Of a DNA stretch of 64,000 nt, positions 25,483 through 38,304 are shown one piece after another. A program made the translations under genes and the position numbers. The stretch comes from Anolis carolinensis (taxonomy: Eukaryota): assembly GCF_035594765.1 (NCBI RefSeq), contig NC_085841.1, positions 256,142,689 to 256,206,688 on the forward strand, read 5' to 3'. Below the pieces are notes generated by a model, which saw only the letters and a program-made list of their open reading frames with translations, was not told the origin of the DNA and did no database searches. Positions within the stretch are counted from its first letter, which is position 1; each line of letters begins with the position of its first letter.

Positions 25483-26393
25483 TCTATATCTATATGTAGA
25501 AGTTAAAATATGTATGTTTATTTGATCCACAAAGACTCTGATCTACACATCGTTATGAATCTGGACTTGACACGCATACCTATCATGCCAAATTTAAATA
25601 CTGGTGCGTTTGGGAGGAAAAATGAAGATGATGGGAGTTGTAGTTCACCCATAACCAGAGAAGTGTGTGAATCCCACTGAGTCTGGATCTGGACCAAGCT
25701 TGGCACTCGTACCTATCATGGCCAACATGAAGTACTGGTGGGCTTTGGGGGGAATGACGGAGGAGGATGAGAGTTATAGTCCATTCAAATCCAAAGTGCC
25801 ATATGGATATCACCAATGATGGATCGGGACTAAACTTTTTACACATACAGATTATGGCCAACTTGAAATATTGGTGAAGTTAGAAGGTAATTGACAGATG
25901 ATGATGGAAAATGTAATTTACCCACATGCAGAGAGCCATGTGAGTCCCACCACAACCAGATGTGTTCCTCTTCTCCTAACTGATTAGACGGCTCACCCTA
26001 CTTACCAGCCTCTTTACCCCTTCACTGCACAATCTGGGGATGATGGGAGTAGCACCTCAATAAAATTGTTAACTTGTCCAATCGGTAAGGAGCAGACGTT
26101 CAGTTTCCACCCAGCAAGATCTATGGCTAACGGGAGTTTAACATCAAACTGATCTGGAGGTAATGGGAGTTATAGCTGGCCAAATCTGGACCTGATGAGA
26201 GTTACAGCCTGACCAGGCCTTAGGCTGATGGTTGTTGAATCCCATCAGTTCTACAATTTTGTTAATGGTCCCATTATGCAGTTATGCATTTTCTAATGGT
26301 ACCTTTCATAAAATCCAAAACCAAGCAATTACTATTTCTAATAAATGACACTACAAATACATAACCCTAGCAATGTCAGGTCCCTGGTGCTAT
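25483..26393 (+). mobile_element. Putative old non-autonomous Helitron with 137-bp and ~33-bp internal tandem repeats
   Basis: 5' A|TCTATAT...; three ~137-bp units (gggagttgtagttcaccc at 25633, variants at ~25770 and ~25906); decayed 3' hairpin ccctagcaatgtcaggt followed by ctat. Termini are degenerate. Confidence 0.5.
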
Positions 26394-27850
26394 ATAAAAT
26401 TTGGGCCTTGGGTGGATTTATAAAGGATTGATAATCCCTTGATAGTTAGTGGCAGGCTATCCTGGTATTTGGAAATAACAACAAACCCACAAATATTCTC
26501 CCTCCTAAATCTTGCATGTCAAAACCCTGGGGCAGATTTGAGTTTTATAGTCTTTTTGTGTATAAGACTATCTGATTTCTTGGATTTTGGCACATATAGC
26601 TGAGGGACCTGGGGAGATTTTTTTAAGTGGGAGAGAACTAGAAAACATTCAAGTAGGATCAAAGTCAAGAAGTTACACATAATGGATCTGACAGCTAATG
26701 CATGCCCACTTCTAAGTGACAAGAAGGTAATCATGACTGCTTGCCATTTCCCAGAGTGAGAGACACCTGGTATAAGTGTGAATGCAATTTCTTTGCCTAT
26801 AAATTGTTTTTCTCTTTCTCTTTGGGAATCTAGCTATAAGATCCCACCCTTCTACTGTGTGATTGACATTTTCAATGGAAAATGTAGTTGACTGCTGCAG
26901 AAATCCTGTGTTTTATATATCTGAGGACATCAGCTTATAAAAGGAAGCGTATAAGACTAATTGAAGAAGATTGGCATCTTCCGCTTATACAATAAGCAGA
27001 AGAAAAGACATGTATTTGGGCAGGTGGATGTAGGATACTTAGAAAAAGCAGTAAGTGGTAGAAAGCTACCATCCTTTCATTCTTCATCTTTTTATTGCTT
27101 TCAGAAGACAATGAGGAGAATCACAATGTAGTTTGCTATCTGAAATTCAAACAGAACAAAAAAAGCTTCAGTCTTCCCTAAGCAAGAGCTGTAAGGAAGA
27201 TTGTTTGACTTAATTTATATATCCCATAAACCAGCTATAATCCAGAATTCTTTGCAGGACTCATTTTTTATGCTCTGTGAACCAATTTCCTTGTTCATTT
27301 GCACCTGTTATTCAGTTTTAAATTGAATAACGTTTCTTGTTGTATCTTAGGGCAGAGTTTATTACACCACTTTTGTTATCCTATAAATACAGACAAAAGG
27401 GTTCTATTTTTTCTTTGAATTCAGGTTTTGAAGGCTGGAAAAAATGTTAAAAATCTTTATTGTAAATAAGCGCGGGTTTTCATTATGTATTTACATTAAG
27501 GCCACATCTGCTTTAGACCTTGAAATTGGCCTTTTGTTTGCTAAAATCAAAGGCCAACTTTTAATCTCTTGTGCTATAAATAGAATGCTTCTGTGAAACC
27601 ACATAAGACTTGGTAGCATACATAGGTAAAGTACTGGTTCATCTCATGGTAGCATATTGGAGAAGCTTGCAAGATCCACTGGACCCAACCTGAAATCCAG
27701 ATTACAAAATGAAAAGTGTAGCCAAGTATTTATTATTTCTGCACTTCCCTATCTGAAAATATATGAAAACTAGCTGTGCCCAGCCACGCGTTGCTGTGGC
27801 GAAGTATGGTGGTATGGGAAATACAAGTATTGATGAATTGGTGGTGGTTA

Positions 27851-28181
27851 AGGTAAAGAGTAAAGGTTTTCCCCTGACATTAAGTCCAGTCGTGTCTGAC
27901 TCTAGGGGTTGGTGCTCATCTCCATTTCTAAGTCGAAGAGCCAGCGTTGTCTGTAGATATGTCCAAGGTCATGTGGCCAGTGGCATGACTGCATGGAGTG
28001 CCGTTATCTTCCTGCCAGAGCAGTACCTATTGATCTACTCACATTTGCATGTTTTTGAACTTCTGAGTTGGCAGAAGCTGGGGCTAACAGTGGGGGCTCA
28101 CTCCGCTCCCCCAATTCAAACCTGCGACCTTTCAGACCATAAGTTCAGCAGCTCAGCGCTTTAACACGCTGCGCCACCAGA
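27851..28181 (-). mobile_element. Sauria SINE inside Helitron A
   Basis: Full-length reverse copy (aggtaaag..ttttcccctgacattaagtcc...aacacgctgcgccacca); no TSD visible. Confidence 0.93.
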
Positions 28182-28229
28182 GGATATTATTTCCTAAAGC
28201 TTGTTAATATACAATATTTCTGATTGTCC

Positions 28230-28812
28230 CTCTTTTTTTGTCTGTTGGAGGCAAGTATGAATGCTGCAACTAGCCAAAATGATTAGCATGTAATGGCCTT
28301 TCAGCTTTAAAGCCTGGCTGCTTCTTCCCTGGGGGAATTTTTTGTTGGGAGGTGTTGGCTGGCCCTGATTGTTTCCTGTCTGGAATTCCCTTGTTTTCAG
28401 AGTGTTGTTCTTTGCAAATAAACTTTTACAAATAAAATACAAATAAACTTTTACTTACTTATTTACTTACTTTGCAATATTTTATGTGCTTCTACTGTCT
28501 GTGTAGATGAAGAAGTACCGATATGCAGTGCTTGAGCTCAAAAAAAAAAAAAAAAAGGCTGTGGCCCTCAGACTACAGAGGATTTGCCAGACTTTGGTGA
28601 TGGGAATACTTTATTGGGAGGTGTTAGCTGGTTCTAACTGTTTCCTGTCTGGAATTCCCCTGTTTTCAGAGTGTTGTTCTTTATTTAGTGTTCTGATTTT
28701 AGAGATTGTATTGTTCTGCTTTATTATACCACAGTAATTTTTATATATTCTGATTTTAATGTTCTTGAATACTTGGAGCCAGATTGTGTTCATTTTCACG
28801 GTTCACAGCAAC

Positions 28813-28861
<49 letters not shown>

Positions 28862-29030
28862 TGATGACTTTGGTAATACACACTGTTTCTCTCCCTTCTC
28901 AGCTTCCTTTCTAGAAGAATCCTTTCTTGGGAGGTGTTAGCTGGCCCTGATTGTTTCCTTTCTGGATTTTCTAATTTCCTTGCTTTCAGAGTATTGCTCT
29001 TTATTTACTGTCCTGGTTTTAGAGATTATA
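28230..29030 (-). mobile_element. Three partial copies of a Penelope-like 3' segment inside Helitron A
   Basis: ttgggaggtgtt.gctgg...tgtttcct.tctgga recurs at ~28346, ~28614 and ~28928; ORF KMNTIWLQVFKNIKIR resembles a Penelope ORF end; matches 47263-47500 in reverse. Confidence 0.75.
28814..28866. repeat. (AAT)n microsatellite
   Basis: Direct reading. Confidence 0.97.
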
Positions 29031-29704
29031 TTGTTCTATATTATTATACCACAGTAATTATTACACATTATATTTATAATCCTATATTATCTGCTTAGAA
29101 CTGGATTATATGAGGCCCTTTCTACACAACTGTTTAAAACCCACACTGAACTGGATTATATGGCAGTGTGGACTCAAGATAATCCAGTTCTAAGCAGATA
29201 TTGTGGAATATATTCTGGGTAATATAGCTGTGTGGGATGGCCTTGAGTCTACACTGCCATATAATCCAGTTCAAATCAGATAATCTGTATTTTTTAGGCA
29301 GTGTGGATCAGGCCTAAGTGCCTGTCCCCTGGGCGCCATCTTGGCTGAGGGAGTTGCTAGGATATGAAGGGGGCGGGGCCTAAAGGCGGGGGGGGGGGGG
29401 CTAAATGCAGCAGAGCCTAACTTTCTAACTGGCAGTTAAGGGGAGAAAGGCTCTTTCTCATTTTCTGTAATTTGGACTATTTTTCTAGGTTTTTTTTTAA
29501 TGTAAAAACACAGACCGGATGATTATGTCTTTTGTTGCCAAATTTGGTGTTTTTTGCTCCAATAGTATTGTTATTTAAGGTAAGGGGAAAACGGTCAGAA
29601 CATTTTTATATATAGAGATAGAGAGAGATTGAATGATTGTGCTTTCTTTTGAAACTTACTGGTCTTTAAATAGCCTAATGGAATGCACTAATGTTTATCC
29701 CTTT

Positions 29705-30067
29705 TTACACTTTTGAACTATGGTGTTGGAGAAAAATTATGAGAGTGCCTTGGACTGCCAGAAGATCAAACCAGCCCATACTCCAGGCAATAATATCCAA
29801 CTGCTCACTCGAAGGAAGGATATTGGAGGCAAAGATGAAGTACTTTGGCCACAAAATGAAAAAACAGGAAAGCTTGGAGAAGAGAATGATGCTGGGGAAA
29901 ATGAAAGGAAAAAGGAAGAGGGGCCAACCTCTCTTTTGAATGGTATCTTTGAAGTAACTGGCTTGACTTTGAAGGAGCTGGGGATGGTCACAGCCAACAG
30001 GGAACTCTGGCGTGGGCTGGTCCATGAGGTCACGAAGAGTCGGAAGCGACTGAATGAATAAACAACA
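29705..30067 (+). mobile_element. Bov-B (RTE) LINE 3' fragment
   Basis: FELWCWRKIMRVPWTARRSNQ..LEGRILEAKMKYFGH..SLEKRMMLGK; end LWRGLVHEVTKSRKRLNE; tail aacaaca. Confidence 0.95.
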
Positions 30068-30805
30068 CAGTGATTTTATCTATAGGGATGTGGCAACATT
30101 TCTCGGCTGCTAGAAACAACTATTGCAAGGGAATCTGGGACATATACTGGTCAGCACTATTTTGAAGGTGACAGAATGGAAGTCACAGGACACAGGGAAC
30201 CCAGTGAGTTGAGTGGGTTACTTGAAACAATTGGGACTATTAAGAGCCAAAGCTCAAAATGGCGTTTATGATTCTAAGGCTTTGCATACATACCTTAAGA
30301 ATGTGAAGAATATTTAAAGACCTTCTTGTTCTCCATGAAAGGGGATGTTTCAGCATAACTGAAGCAAGGCTGCTGAACAGTCATCAGACTATGAGCCTTA
30401 GCCTCTACCTTGAGAAACTTCTAAAAACCTGTTCAAAAAATTGTCTGCACAAAGTAGTACTTTTTCCTCTTGTGAAGGAAAGCATATGCATGTAGTGAGC
30501 ACAGGCTGTTAAAAAGCGCACAAAATGATTGACTTAAATTTCTAGTTTTCTAAAGTATATTCAACAAGCCAGCAAGTAATGTATTTCACTACATAGATTT
30601 CCCAAGAATTGTTCTCACAAATCTGAAAACTTCAGGAAAGACAATAAAAAATCCCCAAACTTTTGTCTACTAAAAGACAAAATTAACAGTTTCTTCAGGA
30701 ACAGGAAAAGCTAGATTTTCTGTCCTTAGCATATGTATGTATGTGTATTTGTATCCACATACATAAACATACAGAGAGAACCCAGGTATTTACACAAACA
30801 TAAGT

Positions 30806-31119
30806 GCCTGGTGGCATAGCGGGTTAAACTGCTGAACTTGCTGACCGAAAGGTTGGTGGTTTGAATCCAGGGAGTGGAGTGAGCTCCTGCTGTTAGCCCC
30901 AGCTTCTGCCAACCTAGCAATTTGAAAACATGCAAATTTGAGTAGATCAATAGGTTCCGCTCTGGTGGGAAGGTAACGCCGCTCCATGCAGTCATGCCGA
31001 CCACAACACCTTAGAGCGTCTACGGACAACACCGGCTCTTCGGCTTAGAAATGGAGATGAGCACCAACTCCCAGAGTCGGACATGACTAGACTTAATGTT
31101 AGGGGAAAACCTTGACTTT
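30806..31119 (+). mobile_element. Sauria SINE
   Basis: Conserved body and tail gagtcggacatgactagacttaatgttaggggaaaacctt. Confidence 0.93.
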
Positions 31120-31185
31120 CTCTGTCTCTTCTAAGCTCCACTCTATTAATGGAAGAGAAATAATTAAAAGCCCCAAATCCAGTCT

Positions 31186-31251
31186 TATTTATTTATTTAT
31201 TTATTACATGCATTTATACCCCGCCCTTCTCCCCGAGGGGACTCAGAGTGG
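31186..31251 (-). mobile_element. L2 3' tail remnant
   Basis: (TTTA)n + tttataccccgcccttctccccgaggggactcagagtgg. Confidence 0.7.
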
Positions 31252-32671
31252 CAGTCTTGGAGCGGTGATCAATCCCTTCTCGTTTCCTGCCATGGTGGAA
31301 AGCTACTGTGGACTGAAATGTACCTTATGTGGTAAGGTTCAACCTATTGAGCTGTTGATCTCAGAAAAAACTAATCCTAGAGTCTTGTTTCAGGAATATG
31401 TGTTTCTGGACCTCCTCAGTGCCAGTTTTGGGCTAAGCAGGTGGAACTGATAACCTGCATTTGAATAGGACTGTGGCTATGCCCAAGCCCTGGCTGGGCT
31501 CAAGATTGGGTGCATAATAGTTGATCACATCCATCACAGATGATGTCACCATAATGTACCAATGCAGTAGCCTTCTTTCAGTAGAATGGAAGTGAACCAA
31601 TGAATTGTCTGACACTATCCTGTTAATCAAAAGAAACTGGTTTCATTTGAGCAACTTGAATTTCTGCTTTCACCCAGTAGTGTTAGTTTTTCAATGCACA
31701 ATTTCTACAAATGCAAAATGTATAGGGTTTTGAATACAGTTAGTTTAAAGCAAACATCTTTGTAGTATTAGATGGTCACCCATGAATGGCTTCAAATGCA
31801 AGAGAGAAGTAATCGTGGAAATATAAATTAGTTTTGCTTTCGCGCTGCTTGTATAATTTCTGAACGTTGTGCTTATCTAGTCCCTGCACCACAAACAAGA
31901 AGCATACATTTTGTGCCTGCCTGGGAAGTTGCTCTTTAGTGCATCACACTTGAAGCATGAAAAGATGTTTGGCAAACCACTGATGCATCTGCTCTTCTTC
32001 CTTTTTTCTAACCTCCAAAGCTATTCTATCATATCAAGTTGCAGACCTCCAAAACATCCTGTTCATTCTGTATGTGAGTTTTCCTCTTTTGAAAATGTCT
32101 ACTCTATTCACACCTACAACATATGCCTTTCAAATGTTATGATACTTAAAATGATCTGGAAAACTTGTCCAAACCTGTATATATCAGTTGTAGTGGTGTA
32201 TCACTGATGTAGACATCTTACTGGTTGCTCTCATGGGTTCAATTGGTCTTGTTAGTCACTTTTATACCTAGTATTCCCACAGGATGGATAATATATTCAT
32301 TATCTGCACTCAAGGTCGTGTCTCCAGGTGTTTGGACAAATCAGCAGGTCTGGAAACAGAAAGGAGGCAAAATAGACCTTCTGCAGAACTGAGTGAACAA
32401 GTCCATTAGGAGAAGCAGAACCAGACAGGGAAGTACAGAGGAGAATGGTTGGGGATCTCAGCAAAAAGTAAGAAAACTAAAAGTGTGGGGGGGTGAATCA
32501 GCCTTTGAGAAAGCAGAATTGAGAACTGCAGTGGACATACAGAGAGAATAAATACTGAAATGTAAGGAGGTAGGGAAAAGCAGAATGTATTGTTGAGGCA
32601 GAAAATCTCAGATTTATCTGGGATTGGAAGAATGGATAGATAACAATAATGTTCAATACACCCCTCTAGAG

Positions 32672-32792
32672 CAGTGGTTTTCAACCTGGGGCCCCAGATA
32701 TTTTTGGCCTACAACTCCTAGAAATCCCAGCCAGTTTACCAGCTGTTGGATTTCTGGGAATTGAGGACTAAAAACATCTGGGAACCCCATTG
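32672..32792. mobile_element. Short SPIN-type MITE (right TIR partly deleted)
   Basis: cagtggttttcaacctgggg...; flanks ctctagag/ctctatat. Confidence 0.82.
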
Positions 32793-33716
32793 CTCTATAT
32801 TATATCCTGAACTTTAGATGAGTTGTCCAAGGTGCTGAACATATTTGGAAAACTGGGTTTAGTACCTTGGGTGGTTAAGTTCAATTTCAGACTAAATCAT
32901 AAAGTGAGTTCACTGTCTCACTGATATGGAAACCACCTTGCATCAGTGTTTTGAGGAATTAAAAGTAGACATCATATAATGTTGACTTTAAAAGATGCAT
33001 TTATCATTGCACTTAGGACTGTATTGGTCCATGAATCTCTAAGAGTAAGGCAGACCACAATTGCCATTTGACAACAGAAGCAAACATGAACAGCATACCT
33101 TCCCTTCATTACTGTGTGCACATTTTTAACTGACCCCACAAGCATCTGTGTTCTCTTTGAAGCGTGGTTTCATAATGATAGAAAATTGGGCTTGTCAGAT
33201 GGTCTGTCATTAGAATTCGAGTATTATGCTTTCCTGAGGAATTCAGAACTATTTCATCTTTGTAGATATATTTGGGAAAATGGGTGGCAGACTTGCATTG
33301 GGATTCGTGGGTCTGAAAAAAAAGTAGAGCAGAATTCTATTAAATTGGTCTTGCTTGTAATGCCATTGGAATACAGGGTGTGTTTGAATGAATTTGATTA
33401 CCTGTCCTTCTATCTCTTGCTGCCCCTCACCAACATGGCCATGTAGGGGCTGGTGGAGAGGGGAGCGGCCAAGAAGCATCTGGGTATGGCTGTATCTGAC
33501 TATAAGGACATAACCAGATGCTTCTCAACCAATCCTAGTTCTATATTAGCCATTACTTGGCTGCTGTTGGTGTCGGCAAGTTGTAAAAGATGAGAGAGTG
33601 GAGACAGGACATAGTTCTTTCCAGAAAGAACTTTACACCCCATCTTCTGATGCAGGATTGCAGTTTGCACCTACACAGTATGTTTGCAGTACATTTATTC
33701 TGAGGCATTCTATGGG

Positions 33717-33910
33717 TGTGTATGTGCCTTCAAGTCACCTGTTGACCATAGATTTTGTAGTGTTTTCTTAGGTAAGGTTTTGCCAGTCCCTTTCTTAGAA
33801 AAATAGTGTACAGCACCTGGTATCCCTTAGCAGTTTCCCATCCAAGTATAATTCAGGACTGGACTGCTCAGCTTTTAAGGTCAGAGGAGATTGAGTACGG
33901 GTATTTAGAT
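33717..33910 (-). mobile_element. 5S rRNA-derived SINE (5S head plus RTE/Bov-B-like tail), decayed
   Basis: Minus strand: atctcctctgaccttaaaagctgagcag...tacttggatgggaaactgctaagggataccaggtgctgta aligns to 5S rRNA; followed by tail ...gacttgaaggcacatacac. Confidence 0.8.
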
Positions 33911-34367
33911 ATTATGGTATTTAGGTTCAATTCTGAATTATGACCAAAGATATTCATTCCTGTAAACATGCAGAACTACTTCACAACTCTTTGGAAGCAT
34001 TGATGTGAAATGCATTCGATCTTTTTATTAAAAAAAAACTAGTGGCCGTGGATCTCACATGTTTGGCTTCCTGCCTAGGGAATATTTTCCTCATATGATA
34101 TTACATCAATACAACATCCGGGAACTGTGCAATTTGAGGATCCCAGATTGACACCTGGTATTTAAGCTCTGATTTTGCCTACTGCTTTGGCTGTTTTCCT
34201 CAGACCTGCAATTTTTCTACTCTGCCTTTTTACACAGGCTTTTAGATCATGATGAGACATAATGTTCTTTTAGACTTCATATTCAAAGGCTCAGGGTATG
34301 AAATGCAACAGATACAATAGCAAATCATGACAGATTTTGCATGACTTGTTTAATAAGTGATTAATAA

Positions 34368-34447
34368 GAGTCCCCTGACCGCCCTGAGTCCCCTGATGAG
34401 TGAGAAGGGCGGGGTAGAAGTGATGTAATAAATAAATAAATAAATAA
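34368..34447 (+). mobile_element. L2 3' tail remnant
   Basis: accgccctgagtcccctgatgagtgagaagggcggggtaga + (TAAA)n. Confidence 0.7.
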
Positions 34448-34966
34448 TGTTAAACTTTGAGGTCCTGGGAGAGATTTTTGAATTTTGCCTAAAAATCAAA
34501 TGAAAGATTAAATTAACTTCCATTCTAAAATAGCTCAGTTAACAAAAGTTAACTAACCACATTTAAACTAGAAGAAAGTCCTATTGCATTCACTGGTATT
34601 TGCTTTGGGGTTCTCAAACTGCCCAATTGAGCCCTTGGGCTCCAGGAGTGATAATGAGGAACTCTGCAGTGCCATGCTGACTCTCGGCTCCTCCTCTTTC
34701 CTCCACCATCTTCTCCTCCTTAGAAATGCAGGGAAATAAAAAGTTTGGAGCTGTCAAAACAGCAGCAACAGCAGTGCCTTCCCGGAGCACAGATCCTTTC
34801 TCACATCTCCCTCGCTGTCCAGAATTTTTCTCCATGCCGAGACCCTCCCTTCCTGCTTTCTTTGCTTCCAAAACCCTATTTCCCTCCCACCACTCAGGGG
34901 TGCTTTGATTGTGCTTTCCTGCATGGCAAAAGGGAGTTGAACTAGATGGCCCCTGGGGTTTCTGCT

Positions 34967-34993
34967 ATTATTATTATTATTATTATTATTATT

Positions 34994-35024
<31 letters not shown>
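34967..35024. repeat. Compound (ATT)n(ATC)n microsatellite at the 3' end of an R4 element
   Basis: Direct reading; preceded by a CR1-like tail remnant at ~34915-34960. Confidence 0.95.
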
Positions 35025-35230
35025 AGTGTCTGGAATTTGTCTCTGAATATCGGGCTCTTTCCAAGGGTCTAGAATATTAGAGATATTTTCATAGAATGTG
35101 CACATAATTTCAATTTTGTGATCTTTTCCAGCTCTTTATCCTCTACTCTACTGTCTCCTGGTACTGCAACGTTTATAATAAAAACACATTTCTTTTCCAC
35201 AACCATTATATCTGGTTTGTTATCTGTTTG

Positions 35231-36121
35231 TGTGATGACTCATGGGCCTTGTAGTCCCGTTCCTAGTGTCCCTGTGGCAGATGAGGATGAAAACATGGGG
35301 TTTTCTCCGGATCAACAACAGCCGGAATCTTTCCAATGCCTGATGTTGATGTTCTCGCCCCAGAACCAATTAAGACAGACCTTGAACAGCTCTCACCTCC
35401 CTTCGCTAGGAGACAGTCCTTTGCTGCAGACAGGGGAGTGAAAGAGCGGGTTCGCAGGAGCTTGAGAATTGCAGCCAAACAAGACACTGATTAGCCATGT
35501 TTCCCCTGGGAAAATTCAGGGAGTCTCACATCTGGAGAAAGCTGGGTTTCGTTTCCCGTTCTCTAGGGAAAGAGAACGCTGGACACCTGCTTGGCGGGAA
35601 AACGAGACCCAGATATAGGTGCCTGGCACGGTTGGTCCGGTGTGGAGTCAACAGAGCAGCTTCAGGAGTGATTTGGTGTTCCTGCCTAGTGTGGACTTCG
35701 CAAGTCCGCAACCCCAGCTTCCTTGCCTTGCCAATCCAAGTATTCAAGAACTGCCTTGTCTTTCCAAGTATTCAAGAATTGCCTCGCTTTGCTCCTAGCC
35801 TCGGACCTTGTTTCAAGAATCAAGTCTTGCCTCGTACCTTGTAGTGGATTTTTACCTTGGACCCTGAAAGACTCTGGACGTTTCCCCACACTATTGCTTG
35901 GCAATAGTGTGTGTTTTGGTTTGGGATTTAACTTTGAACTCTAATATCATTTATTGGACAAATTATTTCTGGACTATATTTGACCTCATTTGAAAGGTCT
36001 GCTTCTGAACTATATTTTATACTTGTTTTTATTATTCTTATATATTTCCTTAATAAAGATATTAGATAGTTTATTGGCCTCCGTGTATGGTTCTTGGTGC
36101 TCCGCTGCCTTGAGTGTGACA
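35231..36121 (+). mobile_element. Solo LTR (891 bp, probably Gypsy-type)
   Basis: TGT...ACA termini; perfect 5-bp TSD gtttg (35226-35230, 36122-36126); AATAAA near 36052; short internal tandem ccaagtattcaagaa. Confidence 0.92.
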
Positions 36122-36328
36122 GTTTGGATTCTAAATTCCCAGAGTATTTTTGCTTCTTTGTTTTTCGTGGTCTTTTCCAGCTTGTGTTCATACTAGGTTT
36201 TACTGCAGGGTAGGCCATATTTCTAACAAAGATTCCAGTGCACCATTGCTGCTAGCCTGTTGTGACGTTCTATATAGTTAGTCAGTCTGGGCTATTTTCT
36301 TGCAACTGCAAATAAGGTGCACCACGAT

Positions 36329-36745
36329 ATTATTTATCGTGCCAGAAGCGAACCAAGAGTACAAGTTGTAATGTATTTGCAAACACAAACAACGTTTTGA
36401 AAAACTTGGTATTATACTAAATGTCTTTTGACCAGTAGCTGGCCACTTGGAATGCCTCTGGTGTTGCTGTAAGAAGGCCCTCCATAGTGCATAGTAGGTG
36501 GCCTGTGGTTTGCTCTTCTCCACACTCGCATATCGTGGACTCCATTTTGTGGCCACATTTCTTAACGTTGGCCCTGCATCTCGTGGTGCCAGAGCGCAGT
36601 CTGTTCAGTGTCTTCCAAGTCGCCCAGTCTTCTGTGTGTCCAGGAGGGAGTCTCTCATCCAACGTCAGCCACTGATTGAGGTTCCAGGTTTTAGCCTGCC
36701 ACTTTTGGACTCTTGCTTGCTAGGGTGTTCTTGCTAGTATCTCTG
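36329..36745 (-). mobile_element. Vingi (I-group) LINE 3' fragment
   Basis: ERLPPGHTEDWATWKTLNRLRSGTTRCRAN..CECGEEQTTGHLL..ATPEAFQVASYWSKDI; tail ttcgcttctggcacgataaataa; flanking gtgcaccac/gtgctccac duplication. Confidence 0.88.
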
Positions 36746-37154
36746 TGCTCCACTCTCTTGTGCAGCAAAAGTCAGGCCTTCAGTTTCCTTTTTAGAGTTC
36801 CCCTTCTAACCCACTCCCATGTTTTCTTGCTGTCGATCATCCCTTCAGTGTTCTTAAAACACTGCCCATGGAGTGGCTTGCTTAGCCACTGCTCTTTTCA
36901 TGATGTAAACTGTTGGGTTCTGTATTCTTCTTTTGATTCTTTGGCTCTCAGAATCTCTGTCTTATCAATTTTTTCAATGCTGGCTCTTGGCTTTTTTGGA
37001 TGTATTCTTTCAGGCCTTTTGTCTCTTCTCTACTGATGACTTGACTTGGAGCAACCCTCTTCATCCTTCAGACCTTGTTAGGTAGTGTCTGTCTATGTTA
37101 CTTCTTGTGTGCAGTGCTCGATTTATGGTCATAAATCCAGAATGACATGTTTCC

Positions 37155-37158
<4 letters not shown>

Positions 37159-37202
<44 letters not shown>

Positions 37203-37205
37203 TAC
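37159..37205. repeat. (TA)n(CA)n microsatellite overlapping the Helitron B 5' end
   Basis: Direct reading. Confidence 0.95.
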
Positions 37206-37537
37206 AATGTGTGTTTTCCCCATGGAGTAAACAACAAAATCACTGAACCAAATCACACCAAATTTGGCCACAAAAGACATAGTCATCCAATCTATGTCTT
37301 TCAATTAAAAAAAAAACCCCAGAAAAATAATCCAGATTACAGAGGATGAGGAAGGGCCATTCTCCCCCTGGCTGCCAGTCAGAAAGGTAGGCCCCGCTGC
37401 CTTTAGGCCCCACCCTCTTTGTTTCCTAGCAACCCCTCAGTCACAATGGCACCCAGGAGAAAGGCAAAGTTCACTTAGGCCTCATGCACACTTCCTATAA
37501 AATACAGATTATTTTATTTGAACTGGATTATATGGCA

Positions 37538-37850
37538 CTTTGGTGGCGAAGTGTGTTAAAGCACTGAGCTGGAGACCGAAAGGTCCCAAGTTCAAACCCC
37601 TGGAGTGGCATGAGCGGCCGCTGTTAGCTCCAGCTCCTGCCAAGTTCAAAAACATGCAAATGTGAATACATCAATAGGTACTGCTCTGGCGGGAAGGTAA
37701 CAGCACTCCATGCAGTCATGCCACTGGCCACATGACCTTGGAGGTGTCTATGGACAATGCCGGCTCTTCGGCTTAGAAATGGAGATGAGCACCAACCCCC
37801 AGAGTTAGAGATGACTGGACTTAACATCAGGGGAAACCTTTACCTTTACC
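37538..37850 (+). mobile_element. Sauria SINE (variant head) retrotransposed into Helitron B
   Basis: TSD tatatggca at 37529-37537 and 37851-37859. Confidence 0.93.
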
Positions 37851-38304
37851 TATATGGCAGTGTAGATTCAAGGCCCTTCCACATAGCTATATTACACAGA
37901 ATGTCAAGGCAGATAATCCACAGTATCTCCTTTGAACTGGATTATCTTGAGTTCACACTGCCATATAATCCAGTTCAGTGTGGATTTTATACTGCTGTGC
38001 AGAAGGGGCCTCATATAATCCAGTTCTAAGCAGATGACGTAAGATTATAAATATAATATGTAATAATTACTGTGGTATAATAATACAGAACAATATAATC
38101 TCTAAAACCAGGACAGTAAATAAAGAGCAAGGCTCTGAAAGCAGCGAAATTGGGAATTCCAGAAAGGAAACAATCAGGGCCAGCTAACACCTCCCAATAA
38201 AAGATTCCCCCAGGCAGGAAGCAGACAGGCTTTGAAGCTGTGAGGCCATTAAATGCTAACCAAGGTGGCTAATTGCAGCATTAATACCTGCCACACCGAG
38301 ACTA

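Larger units (their letters stand above)
27770..29618 (-). mobile_element. Non-autonomous Helitron (copy A) with SINE and Penelope cargo
   Basis: Minus strand: A|TCTCTATATATAAAAATG 5' end; 3' hairpin GCCACAGCAACGCGTGGC 9 nt before CTAG|T; no TSD; core shared with 37160-38732. Confidence 0.88.
35025..37140 (-). mobile_element. R4/Dong-clade LINE (RLE endonuclease) fragment, split by a solo LTR and a Vingi
   Basis: Minus-strand pieces: ALHTRSNIDRHYLTRSEG; WLSKPLHGQ..ETEGLTFAAQE; VHLICSCKKIAQTD..RHN..MVHWNLC..KILWEFRIQT; KPDIMVVEKK..VAVPGDSRVEDKELEKITK (PD..D RLE motif region). Confidence 0.88.

Noticed and set aside
33808-33910. Functional 5S rRNA gene
   Set aside because: Heavily diverged, single copy, and fused to a SINE tail.
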